Origin: a virus
Direction: 5' to 3' (one strand)
Virus record (IMG/VR): IMGVR_UViG_3300033049_000020
Location: 32,001 to 96,000 of that record
DNA length: 64,000 nucleotides
Shown: piece by piece, positions 29,507 to 40,075 of the stretch
Position numbering within the stretch: the stretch's first letter is position 1
Layout of the letters: each line of letters starts with the position of its first letter
Position numbers and translations under genes: made by a program
The notes under the pieces: generated by a model
The model's database searches: none
What the model was told of the DNA's origin: nothing
What the model saw: the letters and a program-made list of their open reading frames with translations, nothing else

Positions 29507-29598
29507 CGCGGAAATGAGGGCTGGTGGTGACGCTCAGATAGGCTCATAACCTATCAGGTTGAAACATACTGTGATTGGTTCGATTCCAACTTCCGCAA
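29507..29598 (+). tRNA. tRNA-Met(CAT), C1-A72 mismatch, long variable arm
   Basis: ATAGG-CT-CAT-AA-CCTAT. Confidence 0.75.
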
Positions 29599-29688
29599 CT
29601 TTTGATATTTCTCTAGAGAGGCTGATACCCGTAGAGTGTAAAGTGGTAATATAGCTTAGAAAGTGAAGTTCACAATATCAAAAAATAT

Positions 29689-29774
29689 TCTCAGTTCGCA
29701 TAGTGGCCGATTGCAGAAGACTGTTAATCTTCCGAGGGTTCCCCTCCACGCTAGTTCGAATCTAGCACTGAGAG
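29689..29774 (+). tRNA. tRNA-Asn(GTT), long variable arm
   Basis: GAAGA-CT-GTT-AA-TCTTC; G73. Confidence 0.85.
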
Positions 29775-29832
29775 CATCTATTTACATTTTCTTGTAAGTT
29801 GACTATATTTATTAACGTAAACAGTTAATAAT

Positions 29833-30282
29833 ATGAGCGATACACGACACAAGAATAAACTATCTGAAGAGTTAGTAACTAAGTTACAGAATTACTATGA
29901 TGAAGGTAATTCATGTCAGAAAACGGCAGATAAGTTTGGCGTTGGTAAGACAACTGTTAGGAGTTACGTTACTATCAGACCTAAGAAATTATTGACAGAT
30001 AAGGAGCGCAAGGCGTCTGCTGTTAAGGCGGTCACCAAACGAAGGCGTAAAATTAAAGAAATGGCCATCGAATATAAAGGTGGTAAATGCTGTAAATGTA
30101 GTTATAATAGGTGTAATGACGTTTTGGAGTTCCACCATTTAGACCCAAGTAAAAAAGATTTTAACATTTCTCAAAGAGGACATTCAAGGTCTTGGGTTAG
30201 AGTAAAAAAAGAATTAGATAAATGTATTATGGTGTGTAGTAATTGTCATAGAGAGATACATGCTGGACTTATAGAGGCTTAA
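29833..30282 (+). CDS. HTH plus HNH endonuclease, followed by a tRNA 3' half (30279-30319)
   Basis: LEFHH..ELDKCIMVCSNCHRE. Confidence 0.88.
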   Translation: MSDTRHKNKLSEELVTKLQNYYDEGNSCQKTADKFGVGKTTVRSYVTIRPKKLLTDKERKASAVKAVTKRRRKIKEMAIEYKGGKCCKCSYNRCNDVLEFHHLDPSKKDFNISQRGHSRSWVRVKKELDKCIMVCSNCHREIHAGLIEA

Positions 30283-30441
30283 CTCTCAGGTCGAGATTTC
30301 GAAATTCTCTGTAGGCGCAAAATGAATTGTCCAGATGGTATAAAGCAGTCTGGTTTAAGGAGTTCGAATCTCCACCTAGGGGTCTTACCCAAGATTCCCT
30401 AGGTATAACAAATCAAGGAAGAGCGTACATTCATTTAACAA

Positions 30442-30513
30442 CCCGATATGGTATAATGGCTAGAACGACACTCTCATAAGGTGTAGGACACAGTTCGATT
30501 CTGTGTATCGGGA
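30442..30513 (+). tRNA. tRNA(CAT), Met or Ile2
   Basis: ACACT-CT-CAT-AA-GGTGT. Confidence 0.8.
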
Positions 30514-30520
30514 CTAACAT

Positions 30521-30590
30521 TGCGGTGCTTAGTGGCAGAGGTCTTTGGCTCATATCCGAAGATAAGGCAGTTCGAACCTGCTCACCGCGA
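30521..30590 (+). tRNA. tRNA(CAT), reduced D-arm
   Basis: TTTGG-CT-CAT-AT-CCGAA. Confidence 0.7.
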
Positions 30591-30628
30591 CACTTGATTT
30601 TTTAGTAATAAATGTGTATCTTTGTAAA

Positions 30629-30967
30629 ATGGAAGAAATTAAAATGAGTGGAGACACTAACAACTTGATAACGGTAAAAGCTAAGATTCGTTTACATAGT
30701 CGAGGTGGTAGAAAAGCTGGCATTGTAAGTGGATATCGACCAGAACACGTATTTGAATATCTACACGGTGACACCATCAAAGCAAATTTCATGGGTCAAA
30801 TAGACTTTGAGTATGATGAAATAAAACGTGGAGAAGATAAAATTGTAACGGTTAAATTCATTAACACTGAAACCGTTAGAGAATACCTTACCGTTGGACG
30901 TACATGGTGGTTGTACGAAGGTGCCCGTCAAGTAGGTGAAGGTAAGATAATCGAAATAGTGGAATGA
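30629..30967 (+). CDS. Stand-alone EF-Tu domain III-like protein
   Basis: GGRKAGIVSGYRPEHVF...LYEGARQVGEGKI resembles EF-Tu GGRH..F..GYRPQFYF...REGGRTVGAG. Confidence 0.7.
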   Translation: MEEIKMSGDTNNLITVKAKIRLHSRGGRKAGIVSGYRPEHVFEYLHGDTIKANFMGQIDFEYDEIKRGEDKIVTVKFINTETVREYLTVGRTWWLYEGARQVGEGKIIEIVE

Positions 30968-31189
30968 ACGAACAAATAAAAAGATTTTTTAAAGGATATA
31001 CAGATTCAATGAATCTACCCAACCTAATAGTGGTACTTATTCTATTTAATGTTATGTTATTTTCGGATGAATTTACATGGTGGGCATTTATGGCTCTAAA
31101 TGGATTCTTCTTCGTAATAACGTGGTTGAACTACTTAACATGGCATTTCGAGAAAAAAAAACTAAAAAGAACCTTAAAAACAAGGAATA

Positions 31190-32380
31190 ATGAAAATCAA
31201 AATCAATGAGGTAAAACAAACCCCACCTAATATGGATTTCGGTCTATGTGTGTACGGGAAGCCTAATGAAGAAGTCACTGAATGGTGTGAACATTGGGGA
31301 TTGGCAACGGAGGAATCTGGAGCTTATACCAACATCATATTGAATGATGACTCTATCTTAGAACATATGTTTGAAGGTCATACGGTGTATAAGTATATGG
31401 ATGGGTTTAGTCCTAATCTTAATAAGCACTTACACGTTGGCCACCTATCCAACTTAGTTTTTGCTTCAGCATTCAGTAATATGGGAGTAACAGCAAAGAC
31501 TATCACTATTTTAGGTGATACGTTAGAGGGTGAAGTCGCTCATAAGGATGCGCTAGAAGAATTTGTAATTATATGTAACCAGTTCAATTATTACGTTGAT
31601 GATTATCATTATGCTTCTATGGTTGAATGCGACCATGAGTTGCTTGTAGCTGGTGAAGACGATTACGAAGGTACTTTAGTATTCGATTTGGGAGAAGAGA
31701 AGATTGTCGGGCTTAAATCGGACGGTAATACAACATACTTCTATCAAGATGTGGCTTTAGCCACACAATTAAATGACGATACATTATACTTGACTGGTGC
31801 AGAACAAGAAAACCACTTTACCCTATTGAAAACGATTGCACCTAAAGTAAACCACTTACCATTAGGTTTAGTGATGGTAGGTAATAATAAACTTAGTAGT
31901 CGAAACGGTAATGCAATGTTAGCTTCCGAATTGATTGCAGAGCTGATGGAAAAGTTAGATAATAACATCGAATTGGTGGTAAACATTATCAAAGGTCAGT
32001 TTTTGAAGTCAAAACCTAACTCAACTAAGAATATCTGGATTAAGGATATGTTAGAACCTAAAACATCCTCTGGATTGTATCTTAGCTACACAATGGCTCG
32101 TTTACTATCTGCTGGGTTGGCACTCCCAACGTATGAAGATATATTAGCTGATTCCTTCATCAGTAAGGAGATTCAATTCGCCTACATTAAGGCAAAGATT
32201 AATATGATGCCTAATACGCTATTAGAAGCGTTGGTAGAGCACTGTAAGATGATTAACACGTTATACATCGACCATCATATTAAGGACAATCCTGAGAATC
32301 AGAAGATGTTCCAGCCAATGTTGGAAGATTTATCTTACGGAATGTTGTGCTTAGGTATGTACGAAGTAACTAAAGTATAA
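31190..32380 (+). CDS. argS: Short arginyl-tRNA synthetase-like protein
   Basis: SPNLNKHLHVGHL, KSDG.TTY..QD, EQ..HF, KLSSRNG, YLSYTMARL. Confidence 0.8.
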   Translation: MKIKINEVKQTPPNMDFGLCVYGKPNEEVTEWCEHWGLATEESGAYTNIILNDDSILEHMFEGHTVYKYMDGFSPNLNKHLHVGHLSNLVFASAFSNMGVTAKTITILGDTLEGEVAHKDALEEFVIICNQFNYYVDDYHYASMVECDHELLVAGEDDYEGTLVFDLGEEKIVGLKSDGNTTYFYQDVALATQLNDDTLYLTGAEQENHFTLLKTIAPKVNHLPLGLVMVGNNKLSSRNGNAMLASELIAELMEKLDNNIELVVNIIKGQFLKSKPNSTKNIWIKDMLEPKTSSGLYLSYTMARLLSAGLALPTYEDILADSFISKEIQFAYIKAKINMMPNTLLEALVEHCKMINTLYIDHHIKDNPENQKMFQPMLEDLSYGMLCLGMYEVTKV

Positions 32381-32520
32381 TGGCGACTATTGGAGAAAAC
32401 TGGAATGAGCATGAGTCAGATGATAAGGTGCTAATGATTCTTGCCTTTGTAATTGGTTTTATAATGGCAATGGGATTTGGATTAGGTTTTTTAATTGCTT
32501 GGTTCATGTTTGCTTAAAAC

Positions 32521-32591
32521 GCCCCTATGGTGTAATGGATGCATAAGACTTTCCTAAAGTTTTGGTGGAGGTTCGAACCCTTCTAGGGGTA
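32521..32591 (+). tRNA. tRNA-Arg(CCT)
   Basis: AGACT-TT-CCT-AA-AGTTT. Confidence 0.82.
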
Positions 32592-32594
32592 CAC

Positions 32595-32667
32595 ACTCTC
32601 TTGGTGTAACTGGATAGCACTTGAAACTACGAATTTCAGAGTAAGAGTTCAAATCTCTTGGAGAGTA
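32595..32667 (+). tRNA. tRNA-Arg(ACG)
   Basis: TGAAA-CT-ACG-AA-TTTCA. Confidence 0.85.
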
Positions 32668-32673
32668 CTTTAT

Positions 32674-32752
32674 GGCGGTGTAGCCCGTTCAGGTTTCGAC
32701 CCTGTTAACGGTAATGGAGCTGCAAATGTGGGTTCGAATCCCACCTCCGTCT
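32674..32752 (+). tRNA. Rearranged tRNA-Arg(TCG)
   Basis: CCGTT-CAGG-TT-TCG-AC-CCTG-TT-AACGG then TAATGGA. Confidence 0.7.
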
Positions 32753-32785
32753 CAACGTTACAGTATATACTTTATTGTGTAATAT

Positions 32786-32865
32786 GGGGGTATAACCGAC
32801 TAAGTTTTCTAAACTTTTAATCGTAATCGGAGTTGAAAATGGGGGTTCGAGTCCCTCTACCCCTT
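32786..32865 (+). tRNA. Rearranged tRNA-Arg(TCT)
   Basis: AAGT-TT-TCT-AA-ACTT then GTAATCGGA. Confidence 0.7.
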
Positions 32866-34232
32866 CAACAATTTAATACCAAGGTTTACATTGATTTTCT
32901 CAATAATTATGCGTATCTTTGTACTATAAAACTTAGAACATGATTAAACTTAAAGAGAAAAATACGGACAAGCCCAAAGGTGGCAAAATACCTTATTACG
33001 AACTAGTATTCGACTACATGATTGGTGATGCTAATGGGGATACAACAGAGACGATTACAACATCAGTGGACAACCCACATGTAGAGAGATTTGTAAAATT
33101 AATAAACAGCTTAAAACCACTAAACGGTACTTGGGGTATCGTATTCTGTGAATATGAGGTAGAGGGATTTTCAGAGCAATTGGAATTGGAGGACTACCAA
33201 TTTCTGAATGCTGCATTGTTTGGTATTCACGGTAGAGAGGATTTGGATGATAATCCATATTTCGCAGAGGGTTTTGAAGATAACTATTTATGTGAATTTG
33301 AAGACGGAGTTCGTGGAGAGACTGAGTATTCATTCTTAGTATTTCAAGGAGTTGACCTATATTACTATGACGAATACGGTGTAAAGAACGAAACTGAAAT
33401 CACCTCATAATGGTAGATATCAAGGAAGAGTATAACAAATTCGAAGTCTGGCTATCAACACAATCTAAAGTTGATATAGCTGGTCTTTTGTTGCCGACTA
33501 GAAATTGGTCTAATATAAAGACCAATGCTCACGAAATTCTTGAAAGACGTTATCGTTGGTTTACAACAATACAAGAGGAACCTAATATCGAAATAGTAAT
33601 GGGTGATAAGGTAGTTACGTTGGAAGATATATCTAACCATATGGTTAAGTACATTAGTAAGTTTGAGGATGAGCCTCAATCGGTGACTTTGACTGAAGCT
33701 CAGTATAAAGTGCTGGAAGAGTCAGAACACAAACGAATGTGGTTACGGTCATTAAAGAACATCTAATGAAATGTGATAAGCATAGTCAAGGTATGATAGT
33801 CCTACACGCATTCTCCGATGGTGAGTGTGAAGTATGTGGACAAGAGGTAGTTACAGCGCATATCCCTTGTGATGAGGTATGTGAACGTTGTAGTGAAGAC
33901 AATAACCTTTGCCAAGTTTGTGGAGAGAAGATAAGTAAGGTTACAGTCAAGATTGGCCACGTAACCGACATTGACGAGGGAGTGGTAACCTGTTTACTAC
34001 GAGCCGAAAAAGAAATTCACGATGAAATCGAATTCAACATAGAAACATTAACTGAAGAACAACTACAATACGTAGAAATAGGTAATACTATGAGATTCAA
34101 TAAGGAGACTTATGAGATTGAATTCATGAAAGAAGATATGAGCTACATCCAACCTAATTATGAGTTGGAGTACTGTGAAACCTGTATACAAATGACCAAC
34201 CACTTATACGGTAAGTGTCAAAAACATAAAAA

Positions 34233-34547
34233 ATGAAAGAACATTACGAACGAAGTCATGAGCTTAATACTTATGATGTTGCACCCACTTCTGAGAAGCT
34301 ATGTAAATTATTCGAAGAGGTCGGAGAATTGGCTCAAGGGGTTAATAAAACCATCGGTAGAAAGATTACCAATGATACGCCAGAAGATATACGAGATAAT
34401 GTATTAGAAGAGGCGGCAGATACACTACAATGTATTTTCTCCCTATTGGGTGATTATGACGTTACTTACGAAGAATTATGTGACCGAATAGGAGTCAAAA
34501 ATGAGAGATGGTTAGAAGTAATTAATAAGCGTAAACAGAAGGTATAA
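34233..34547 (+). CDS. MazG-like nucleotide pyrophosphohydrolase
   Basis: LFEEVGELA...EEAAD. Confidence 0.8.
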   Translation: MKEHYERSHELNTYDVAPTSEKLCKLFEEVGELAQGVNKTIGRKITNDTPEDIRDNVLEEAADTLQCIFSLLGDYDVTYEELCDRIGVKNERWLEVINKRKQKV

Positions 34548-34783
34548 TCTTTACCATGTGAGGCGATATTTATATCTAAAGCCCACATGAAGGACTCAAT
34601 CAGAAATAAGCTTCGGGAAGCTATTAAGTTTAATGGTATAGTTTACGATGGTGTAGACACACCTAACGGTAAAGTCATGATAAGTGACGATGGTGTATTA
34701 GGTTATGATGGAATTCTAATTCCGTGGGATATAATCGAAAGCCAAATGATTAAACGTGGGGCTAGTAATTGTTCTCAGTGGAA

Positions 34784-35434
34784 ATGAAATTGTACCCAAT
34801 ATTAGAATCAGTTTTATCTGAAGAGGAAGTATTTGAAACTATCGAGACTTTAATGGGTGAAGAATATCCTTCCAGTTTTAATATGGAAGAGTTCAAAACA
34901 TTGCGTTCATATAGTGCAAGGGTACGATACTGTGAAACTCATTTACAACGAATAGCGGCTGGTACTGCCAGAGTGGTATTTAAAATTGATAATGAAAAGG
35001 TACTTAAGTTGGCCAAGAATCAAAAAGGTCTGGCTCAGAACGAAGTTGAAATATCTTATTCCCAATATAATGACCTTGAACATGTTCTAGCTAGAACATT
35101 CGATTACGAACCAAATGAAACTAAATACAGCACAATTCACTAATATAACAGGATTCAAATGGAAGGATTTTCAAGCTGCTATTCATAATTATGGACAAGA
35201 TGTTAATGGACGTGGTGGTGGTTATAAAATGCCAATAGACCACATGGTTTCATAAACCATGTGGGAAGAAGAATTTATTTATGGTGTATTCGATTATATT
35301 GGTAACTACGGTGTTCCAGCAGGTGACCTTACTAGAATGAATTCTTATGGAGTTGTTAAGCGTGGTGGAACTGACGAAATTGTTATCATTGACTACGGTT
35401 TAACATCTGACGTATATTCATCATATTATAGTTA
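34784..35434 (+). pseudogene. Disrupted protein-kinase-like gene
   Basis: GTARVVF, VLKLAK, NEVE; frame change near 35143; internal TAA; then GDL..NSYG and IIDYG. Confidence 0.7.
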
Positions 35435-35554
35435 AATTTATTTGTATTTCTCAATTTAATTTAGTATCTTTGTAATATGATTTTTGCAATAGATTTTGAT
35501 GGGTAGCGGATTTTACTGATTTATCTACATATTTATTACTATAAAGGTAATGAT

Positions 35555-36271
35555 ATGGCAAAGGATAAAATCGGTATCTATATGATACTTAACAAAGTTA
35601 ACGGTAAAAGGTATATAGGTTCATCTAAGAATGTTCGGAAAAGAAAAAACAGACATTTTAGTGAACTTAGACGAGACGTACATAAGAATCGTAAGTTACA
35701 AAATTCATTTAACAAATACGGTGAAGATAAGTTTGAATTTAAACTATTAGAGGAAGTTTCGGACGAGAAGGACTTGATAGTTAGGGAACAGGTATTTATA
35801 AACGAATTAAAACCAAAGTTAAATATAAATTTAATTGCAAACTCTTCATTAGGTGTAAAACGAAGTGAGGAGACTAAAGAGAAAGTAAGGCAAGCTAACT
35901 TAGGACTTAAACATCCAGAATGGAGAAATAAAATAAAGAGTGAGGCGCAGGGTGGTGATAATCATTGGACTAAGAGTAAATCGTTTTCTGATGAAGCCAA
36001 AGAAAATATGAGTAACACTCATAAAGAGTTATATAAAAATGGGTATGTTAACCCTAGAAAAGGGGTTAAGGAATCTGAAGAGATTATAAATAGGAAGAGA
36101 ATAATAAGTGCTAAACCAATACAAATGTTTGATTTAGAGGGTAATATGGTTGGAGAATTTGGTTCTGCGAAAGAAGCGCACGAACAATGCGGCTTCAGTC
36201 CCCAATACATTGGTCAATGTTGTAATGGTAAACGAGAAAAATATAAAGGATATGTCTGGAAATTCAAATAA
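35555..36271 (+). CDS. GIY-YIG homing endonuclease
   Basis: GIYMI..YIGSS; NUMOD repeats; GYVWK. Confidence 0.9.
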   Translation: MAKDKIGIYMILNKVNGKRYIGSSKNVRKRKNRHFSELRRDVHKNRKLQNSFNKYGEDKFEFKLLEEVSDEKDLIVREQVFINELKPKLNINLIANSSLGVKRSEETKEKVRQANLGLKHPEWRNKIKSEAQGGDNHWTKSKSFSDEAKENMSNTHKELYKNGYVNPRKGVKESEEIINRKRIISAKPIQMFDLEGNMVGEFGSAKEAHEQCGFSPQYIGQCCNGKREKYKGYVWKFK

Positions 36272-36683
36272 AACAATTACAGTAGCCGTGGATTTTGATG
36301 GTACTTGTGTCACACATGAATACCCATTAGTGGGTTCGGATATAGGTGCGGCTGAAGTTCTACGTAAATTAGTAGATAAAGGCCATCAATTAATCCTATT
36401 CACTATGCGTAGTGATGGAGAGGTAAGTAATACGAGTTTCGGCACTCCACATGGACTAACCGATGCCGTTAATTGGTTCAAAAAGAATGACTTACCATTA
36501 TTTGGTATTCAGACTAATCCAGAGCAAAAATCGTGGACAGAATCACCAAAGGCATATGCTCAAATGTATATTGACGATGCAGCATTAGGTTGTCCGTTAC
36601 TATATGATGCAAATTTATCCTTAAGACCATTTGTAGATTGGAAAAGTGTAGAAAAACTATTAAAAGCTAAAGAGTTGATATGA
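36252..36683 (+). CDS. Capless HAD hydrolase (likely start 36252)
   Basis: AVDFDGT, LFTMR, SPK, YIDD. Confidence 0.85.
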   Translation: MSGNSNKTITVAVDFDGTCVTHEYPLVGSDIGAAEVLRKLVDKGHQLILFTMRSDGEVSNTSFGTPHGLTDAVNWFKKNDLPLFGIQTNPEQKSWTESPKAYAQMYIDDAALGCPLLYDANLSLRPFVDWKSVEKLLKAKELI

Positions 36684-37441
36684 AACGTGCATTTTTAGAA
36701 AAGGAAGCTGGTGAATGGGCTTATGATTTTGTTTTCACGTCCAAACAAGCAGCTATTGATTTAGGGTATGAAGTAATACCTTGTGATACTGTCAGAGGAT
36801 TCGACTTTAATTACCCAAATATTACTGAGGATATTTGTATTGGTTCAGTAGAGTTCACAGAGATGTTTTTCAAGGAATGTGGTGTAATGACTCCTGAATA
36901 TCTTGGCTATCCAGACTCTCTCATTAATAATAAGAGCGCTATGGGTAGAACTGTAACTGAATGTACTGTGTATGACTTAATTAACCATGAATATCCATAC
37001 TTTGTTAAACCTTCAAGAAAGGTTAAACAGTTTACGGGTGACGTGATAGAGAATGATGGTCAAATGCGAATATTCAGAGATTATTATGATGTAGCTGATG
37101 ATACGGAATTGTACCTATCAGATGTGGTTAATTTCGTAAGTGAATATCGATGCTTTATTCATAATGGTGAGTTGAAAGGTATTCAATACTATAAAGGTGA
37201 CTTTACGGTATTCCCTAGAATGAAAGCGATTAAATACATTATGAATATCTATGAAAATGATTTAACCACAAAACCATTGGCTTATACAATGGATGTTGGT
37301 GTATTGGATACTGGGGAAACACATTTGGTAGAGTTGAATGACATGTGGGCAATTGGTGCTTATGGATTTGACTCAGAGGATTATGTTAGAATGATAATTA
37401 GTCGTTTTAGACAAATGGCTTTTGCGTTAACTACGAAATAA
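36680..37441 (+). CDS. ATP-grasp protein (DUF4343/R2K-like)
   Basis: FVKP, FTG, SEYRCF, DVG, LVELND. Confidence 0.75.
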   Translation: MKRAFLEKEAGEWAYDFVFTSKQAAIDLGYEVIPCDTVRGFDFNYPNITEDICIGSVEFTEMFFKECGVMTPEYLGYPDSLINNKSAMGRTVTECTVYDLINHEYPYFVKPSRKVKQFTGDVIENDGQMRIFRDYYDVADDTELYLSDVVNFVSEYRCFIHNGELKGIQYYKGDFTVFPRMKAIKYIMNIYENDLTTKPLAYTMDVGVLDTGETHLVELNDMWAIGAYGFDSEDYVRMIISRFRQMAFALTTK

Positions 37442-37447
37442 TAAGAA

Positions 37448-38398
37448 ATGAACAAGAACGTAATAAGAAATAAGGTAAGAGAAGCACTAGGAAGTGTTAA
37501 CTCTATTGGGGTGGCTATCACTAAGCCAAACCAAGAGTTAATTGTTATGAGGGGTGTTTCTGGGGCTGGTAAGTCCACTAGAGCTAGAGAAGTAGTCGGT
37601 GAAGGAGCAATACACTCAACTGATGACCTTTGGGAAGCTACTGGTGACTACTTAGGTGCCTTCAAGAAGATGAACGAGACTGGTGACTGGTCGGCACACG
37701 GTAAGATGCATAACTTAAATTTCACTAACGCGAAAGCGTCAATGGAAACGGGTGTATCTCCAGTTGTTATCGATAATACCAATCTTAAGGCTTCGGATGC
37801 GAAAGCATATGTTAAGGCTGCATTGGAATTGGGTTATTCGGATGTTAATATCAAGGTTGAAGACGTTGGAACGAACGGTTTGACTGTTGAGGTATTGGCT
37901 GAAAGAAATACTCACGGTGTACCATTGGATAAAATTAAGAAGATGGTTAACGTTCATAAGAGCGTTGGAACATTGACAGTTAAGAAGATTATGGAAGCCT
38001 CTGGCGGTAAGAACCGACCAAAGGTTCTATATTCTGCTGTGGTTTTAGATGAAAACTCTAAGACCAAATTGTTGACTGCGTTGAAGCATTTAATCCCAGA
38101 AGGATGGGCACTATTCGCGCATCACATGACAATTGTATTTGCTAAAGGACTACCTGATGACCTTAAAGGGGATTTGGGTGAGACTGTGACGCTTAGAGCG
38201 ACTGAAATCGGTATATCCGATATGGCGATAGCCGTTAAGGTTGATGGATATTTCACAACTAACGATATTCCACACATTACGCTTGCGGCTAACACTGAGG
38301 CAGGTGGGAAGCCATTCATGTCTAATAAAATTACAAATTGGAAACCATTGGGGTCATACGTGAGCCTTACTGGTGTTGTAACTGAGATAAGGTCATGA
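37448..38398 (+). CDS. P-loop polynucleotide kinase fused to 2H cyclic phosphodiesterase (RNA end healing)
   Basis: MRGVSGAGKST, IDNTN, RNTHGVP; HHMTI and PHITL. Confidence 0.8.
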   Translation: MNKNVIRNKVREALGSVNSIGVAITKPNQELIVMRGVSGAGKSTRAREVVGEGAIHSTDDLWEATGDYLGAFKKMNETGDWSAHGKMHNLNFTNAKASMETGVSPVVIDNTNLKASDAKAYVKAALELGYSDVNIKVEDVGTNGLTVEVLAERNTHGVPLDKIKKMVNVHKSVGTLTVKKIMEASGGKNRPKVLYSAVVLDENSKTKLLTALKHLIPEGWALFAHHMTIVFAKGLPDDLKGDLGETVTLRATEIGISDMAIAVKVDGYFTTNDIPHITLAANTEAGGKPFMSNKITNWKPLGSYVSLTGVVTEIRS

Positions 38399-38655
38399 GG
38401 ATAGTTGATAAAATAATTGAACAGTATCCTGATGAACATATAATATTGTTTGATGGTTTTGACGATGCAGTTATTGGGCTTGACCCATATAAAATGACTG
38501 TTATATATTCAATAGAGCAGTGTCTGGAGATTCTTGTTGAAAGAGATGAAATGACTCCAGACGAAGCTGTTGAATTCTTTGAATTCAACGTAGCTGGCAC
38601 ATTATTAGGTGAAGACACACCAATATGGTTGGATGATTTAACGGAATATTAGGAT

Positions 38656-39210
38656 ATGTCAAAATTATTTCGTACCTTTGTAGAAGAAAAAAGAAAACAG
38701 AAAAATATGCCAAAAGACATAGAGATTGAACGTAAGTTTCTAATGAGGGTTAATCCTTTCAGATTCGATTATGACGATGTAGTAGAGATACACCAATGCT
38801 ACCTTCCCAGAGATGAGGAAGGGTTTACGGTTAGATATCGAGCAACAGCATTAGATGGAGTCGCGGCATACGTCAAGACAAGGAAGAAAAGAATATCTGA
38901 CATGTCATGTACAGAACTTGAACATAAAGTGACCAAGCCTGAGTATGATAGAGCAGAAGAAGAGAGTTTAAAGAGTTTAGTAAAATTAAGATATAGAAAG
39001 AAAATAGGTAATTTAGTTTGGGAACTAGATGATTTCTTAACGTCCCGACTTATGATTATGGAGGTAGAATTACCTAGCGAAGATTATGAGTTTGATATTC
39101 CTAAAGAGGTGGAAATTTGTACACTTATGGAAGTAACGGGAATTGATGAGTTCTACAATGAAAACATTGCAATTACAGACGAAGTTGCTGCAACACAGAT
39201 AAGAGTATGA
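38656..39210 (+). CDS. CYTH-domain protein
   Basis: EIERKFL, WELD, EVEL, EVTG. Confidence 0.85.
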   Translation: MSKLFRTFVEEKRKQKNMPKDIEIERKFLMRVNPFRFDYDDVVEIHQCYLPRDEEGFTVRYRATALDGVAAYVKTRKKRISDMSCTELEHKVTKPEYDRAEEESLKSLVKLRYRKKIGNLVWELDDFLTSRLMIMEVELPSEDYEFDIPKEVEICTLMEVTGIDEFYNENIAITDEVAATQIRV

Positions 39211-39379
39211 TTGACGGAGACGAATTAATTAAAAGATTTTGGAAAGAAAGTGCTGAACTTATGGAAAGGCACAGGGAAAAGGATAAAGAAAGACAAGCTC
39301 AAGGTATAGTAGATTGTAGAATCTTAATAACTAGGATACAGGGCACGTTAAAACAAGAAGAGTTTAACAAGAAGAAATA

Positions 39380-40075
39380 ATGATTATAATTGGTGACATC
39401 CACGGTAACTTCGGGTACCTTGAGTACCTATTTAAGCAAATGAAGGGGCTAAACCTTTTTCATGTTGGTGATTTCGGTATGGGCGATAGCATCATCAATG
39501 GTGGTGTTACGCTTAAGAGGTTAGATGCTAAATTGAAAGTGGCCAATAATGTCATGTACGTTATTCGTGGTAATCACGACAATCCAGCATTTTGGACTGG
39601 TGACCACATGTACGACAACATCAAGCTAATTCCTGACTACACAGTTGTAGAAGCAGAAGGAAAAAGGTTTCTTGGTGTAGGTGGTGCAATAAGCATCGAT
39701 AGAGTACCTAGATTAGCTGGAATTGGGTTTTGGTGGGAAGATGAGGTATTCGTTCTAGATAGAGATAAATTGGCTGAGATGCGAGATATAGATGTCGTAG
39801 TGACACATACTGCGCCTCACTTTGCATATCCTACTGAAATTAATGGTCTTGTGAGAAGCTACGCTAAGAACGACCCAATGCTGATTCAAATGTTGGCAAA
39901 GGAGAGACTTGACCTTACAGAGATGTATGATATTATTAAGGAGAATAATACCATCACTGATTGGTTTTACGGTCACTTTCATACTAACAAGTTGACGCTG
40001 CATGATGGTGTTAAGTTTAGAGTTATCGGAATTAACGATACTTACGACCTAAGATTAGATATGGAGACTGGGTAG
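39380..40075 (+). CDS. Calcineurin-like metallophosphoesterase
   Basis: GDIHG, GDFG, RGNHD, GHFH. Confidence 0.9.
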   Translation: MIIIGDIHGNFGYLEYLFKQMKGLNLFHVGDFGMGDSIINGGVTLKRLDAKLKVANNVMYVIRGNHDNPAFWTGDHMYDNIKLIPDYTVVEAEGKRFLGVGGAISIDRVPRLAGIGFWWEDEVFVLDRDKLAEMRDIDVVVTHTAPHFAYPTEINGLVRSYAKNDPMLIQMLAKERLDLTEMYDIIKENNTITDWFYGHFHTNKLTLHDGVKFRVIGINDTYDLRLDMETG

